From Octopus bimaculoides (taxonomy: Eukaryota), in contig NC_068982.1 in NCBI RefSeq assembly GCF_001194135.2, positions 66,310,685 through 66,344,625 of the forward strand: DNA of 33,941 nt. The letters are read 5' to 3'. Position numbers and translations under genes: made by a program. Shown here piece by piece: positions 33,400 through 33,941 of this stretch (position 1 is its first letter; each line of letters opens with the position of its first letter). Below the pieces are notes generated by a model. The model was not told the DNA's origin. It worked only from the letters and a program-made list of their open reading frames with translations, and did not search any database.

Positions 33400-33941
33400 T
33401 GTAACATGATGATTTGCACCGGGTGTCAAAATGCCGAAACATGATTGTTGCTCAGTGCTCCGTGTATACTGTTAAGGCTGTAAGACATGACATGGACAAC
33501 TGCAACAGAGACTACGAATCCGTGGCAAGCAGAGAAGGATACAACAGGCGTTCTCACCGCGGCCCCCATGACGGAATTCATCCCCACATCATTGGACAGA
33601 GTATCAGGATCAATTTAAACGGTTATGTGAAGGTGCTGAAGACTGTAGTCAAACCCTGGATGGAGAGGGTTACTATTTAAAGGACATATGTGTAGCAGCA
33701 GGATTTGACTCTTTGCCATACCTCCGGAATGAATCAGAAGTAGTTATTGGAGAATTTCTACAACTTCACTAGCCTCAATTATGACCTCCTAATTAATCCG
33801 ATTGTAATGCCATTGATTACTTATGTGAGGGGCGTAGTTGAGAAAGATATTAATCGTTTTGCCTGCCACACCAAGTTCGAGCTAGTGGACAAGATCAAGG
33901 TTTTCGAAGATCTTTCCAGAGTCACAGTGAGTAAAGCTACA
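33400..33941 (+). mobile_element. Second internally deleted maT-type (DD37D-like) transposase relic, running off the window
   Basis: AQCSVYTVKAVRHDMDNCNRDYESVASR…RRS is joined to PHIIGQSIRINLNGYVKVLKTVVKPWMERV…YV*QQDLTLCHT, then a frameshifted …PDCNAIDY…GVVEKDIN…TKFELVDKIK region. Confidence 0.8.

Overview
Eukaryotic, AT-rich, repeat-dominated DNA from a short-read assembly. There are six N gaps, nearly all flanked by microsatellites or low-complexity repeats. The tRNA-derived SINE families, dense di-/tri-/tetranucleotide repeats and transposon mix point to an octopod cephalopod (Octopus-like); this is an inference from recalled repeat families and was not checked by search. I found no intact protein-coding gene, rRNA, true tRNA or CRISPR array. 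The only plausible host coding piece is a candidate 3' terminal exon at 43-151 (+). The rest is decayed mobile DNA. DNA transposons: a full-length Tc1 (DD34E) with TIRs, two internally deleted maT-type (DD37D) relics, a Tigger/pogo, a hAT transposase relic, two hAT MITEs with perfect 8-bp TSDs and a mariner MITE. Retroelements: fragments of R4/Dong, Tx1/L1, CR1 and Penelope-like elements, plus three SINE families. The most striking unexplained structure is a perfect 149-bp inverted repeat (24652-24800 / 24901-25049). Other notable signals are further local fold-backs, an antiparallel SINE / R4-Dong cluster in TAA repeats, and hammerhead-like relics beside a Penelope GIY-YIG fragment. I cannot support a claim of a novel multi-gene system here.
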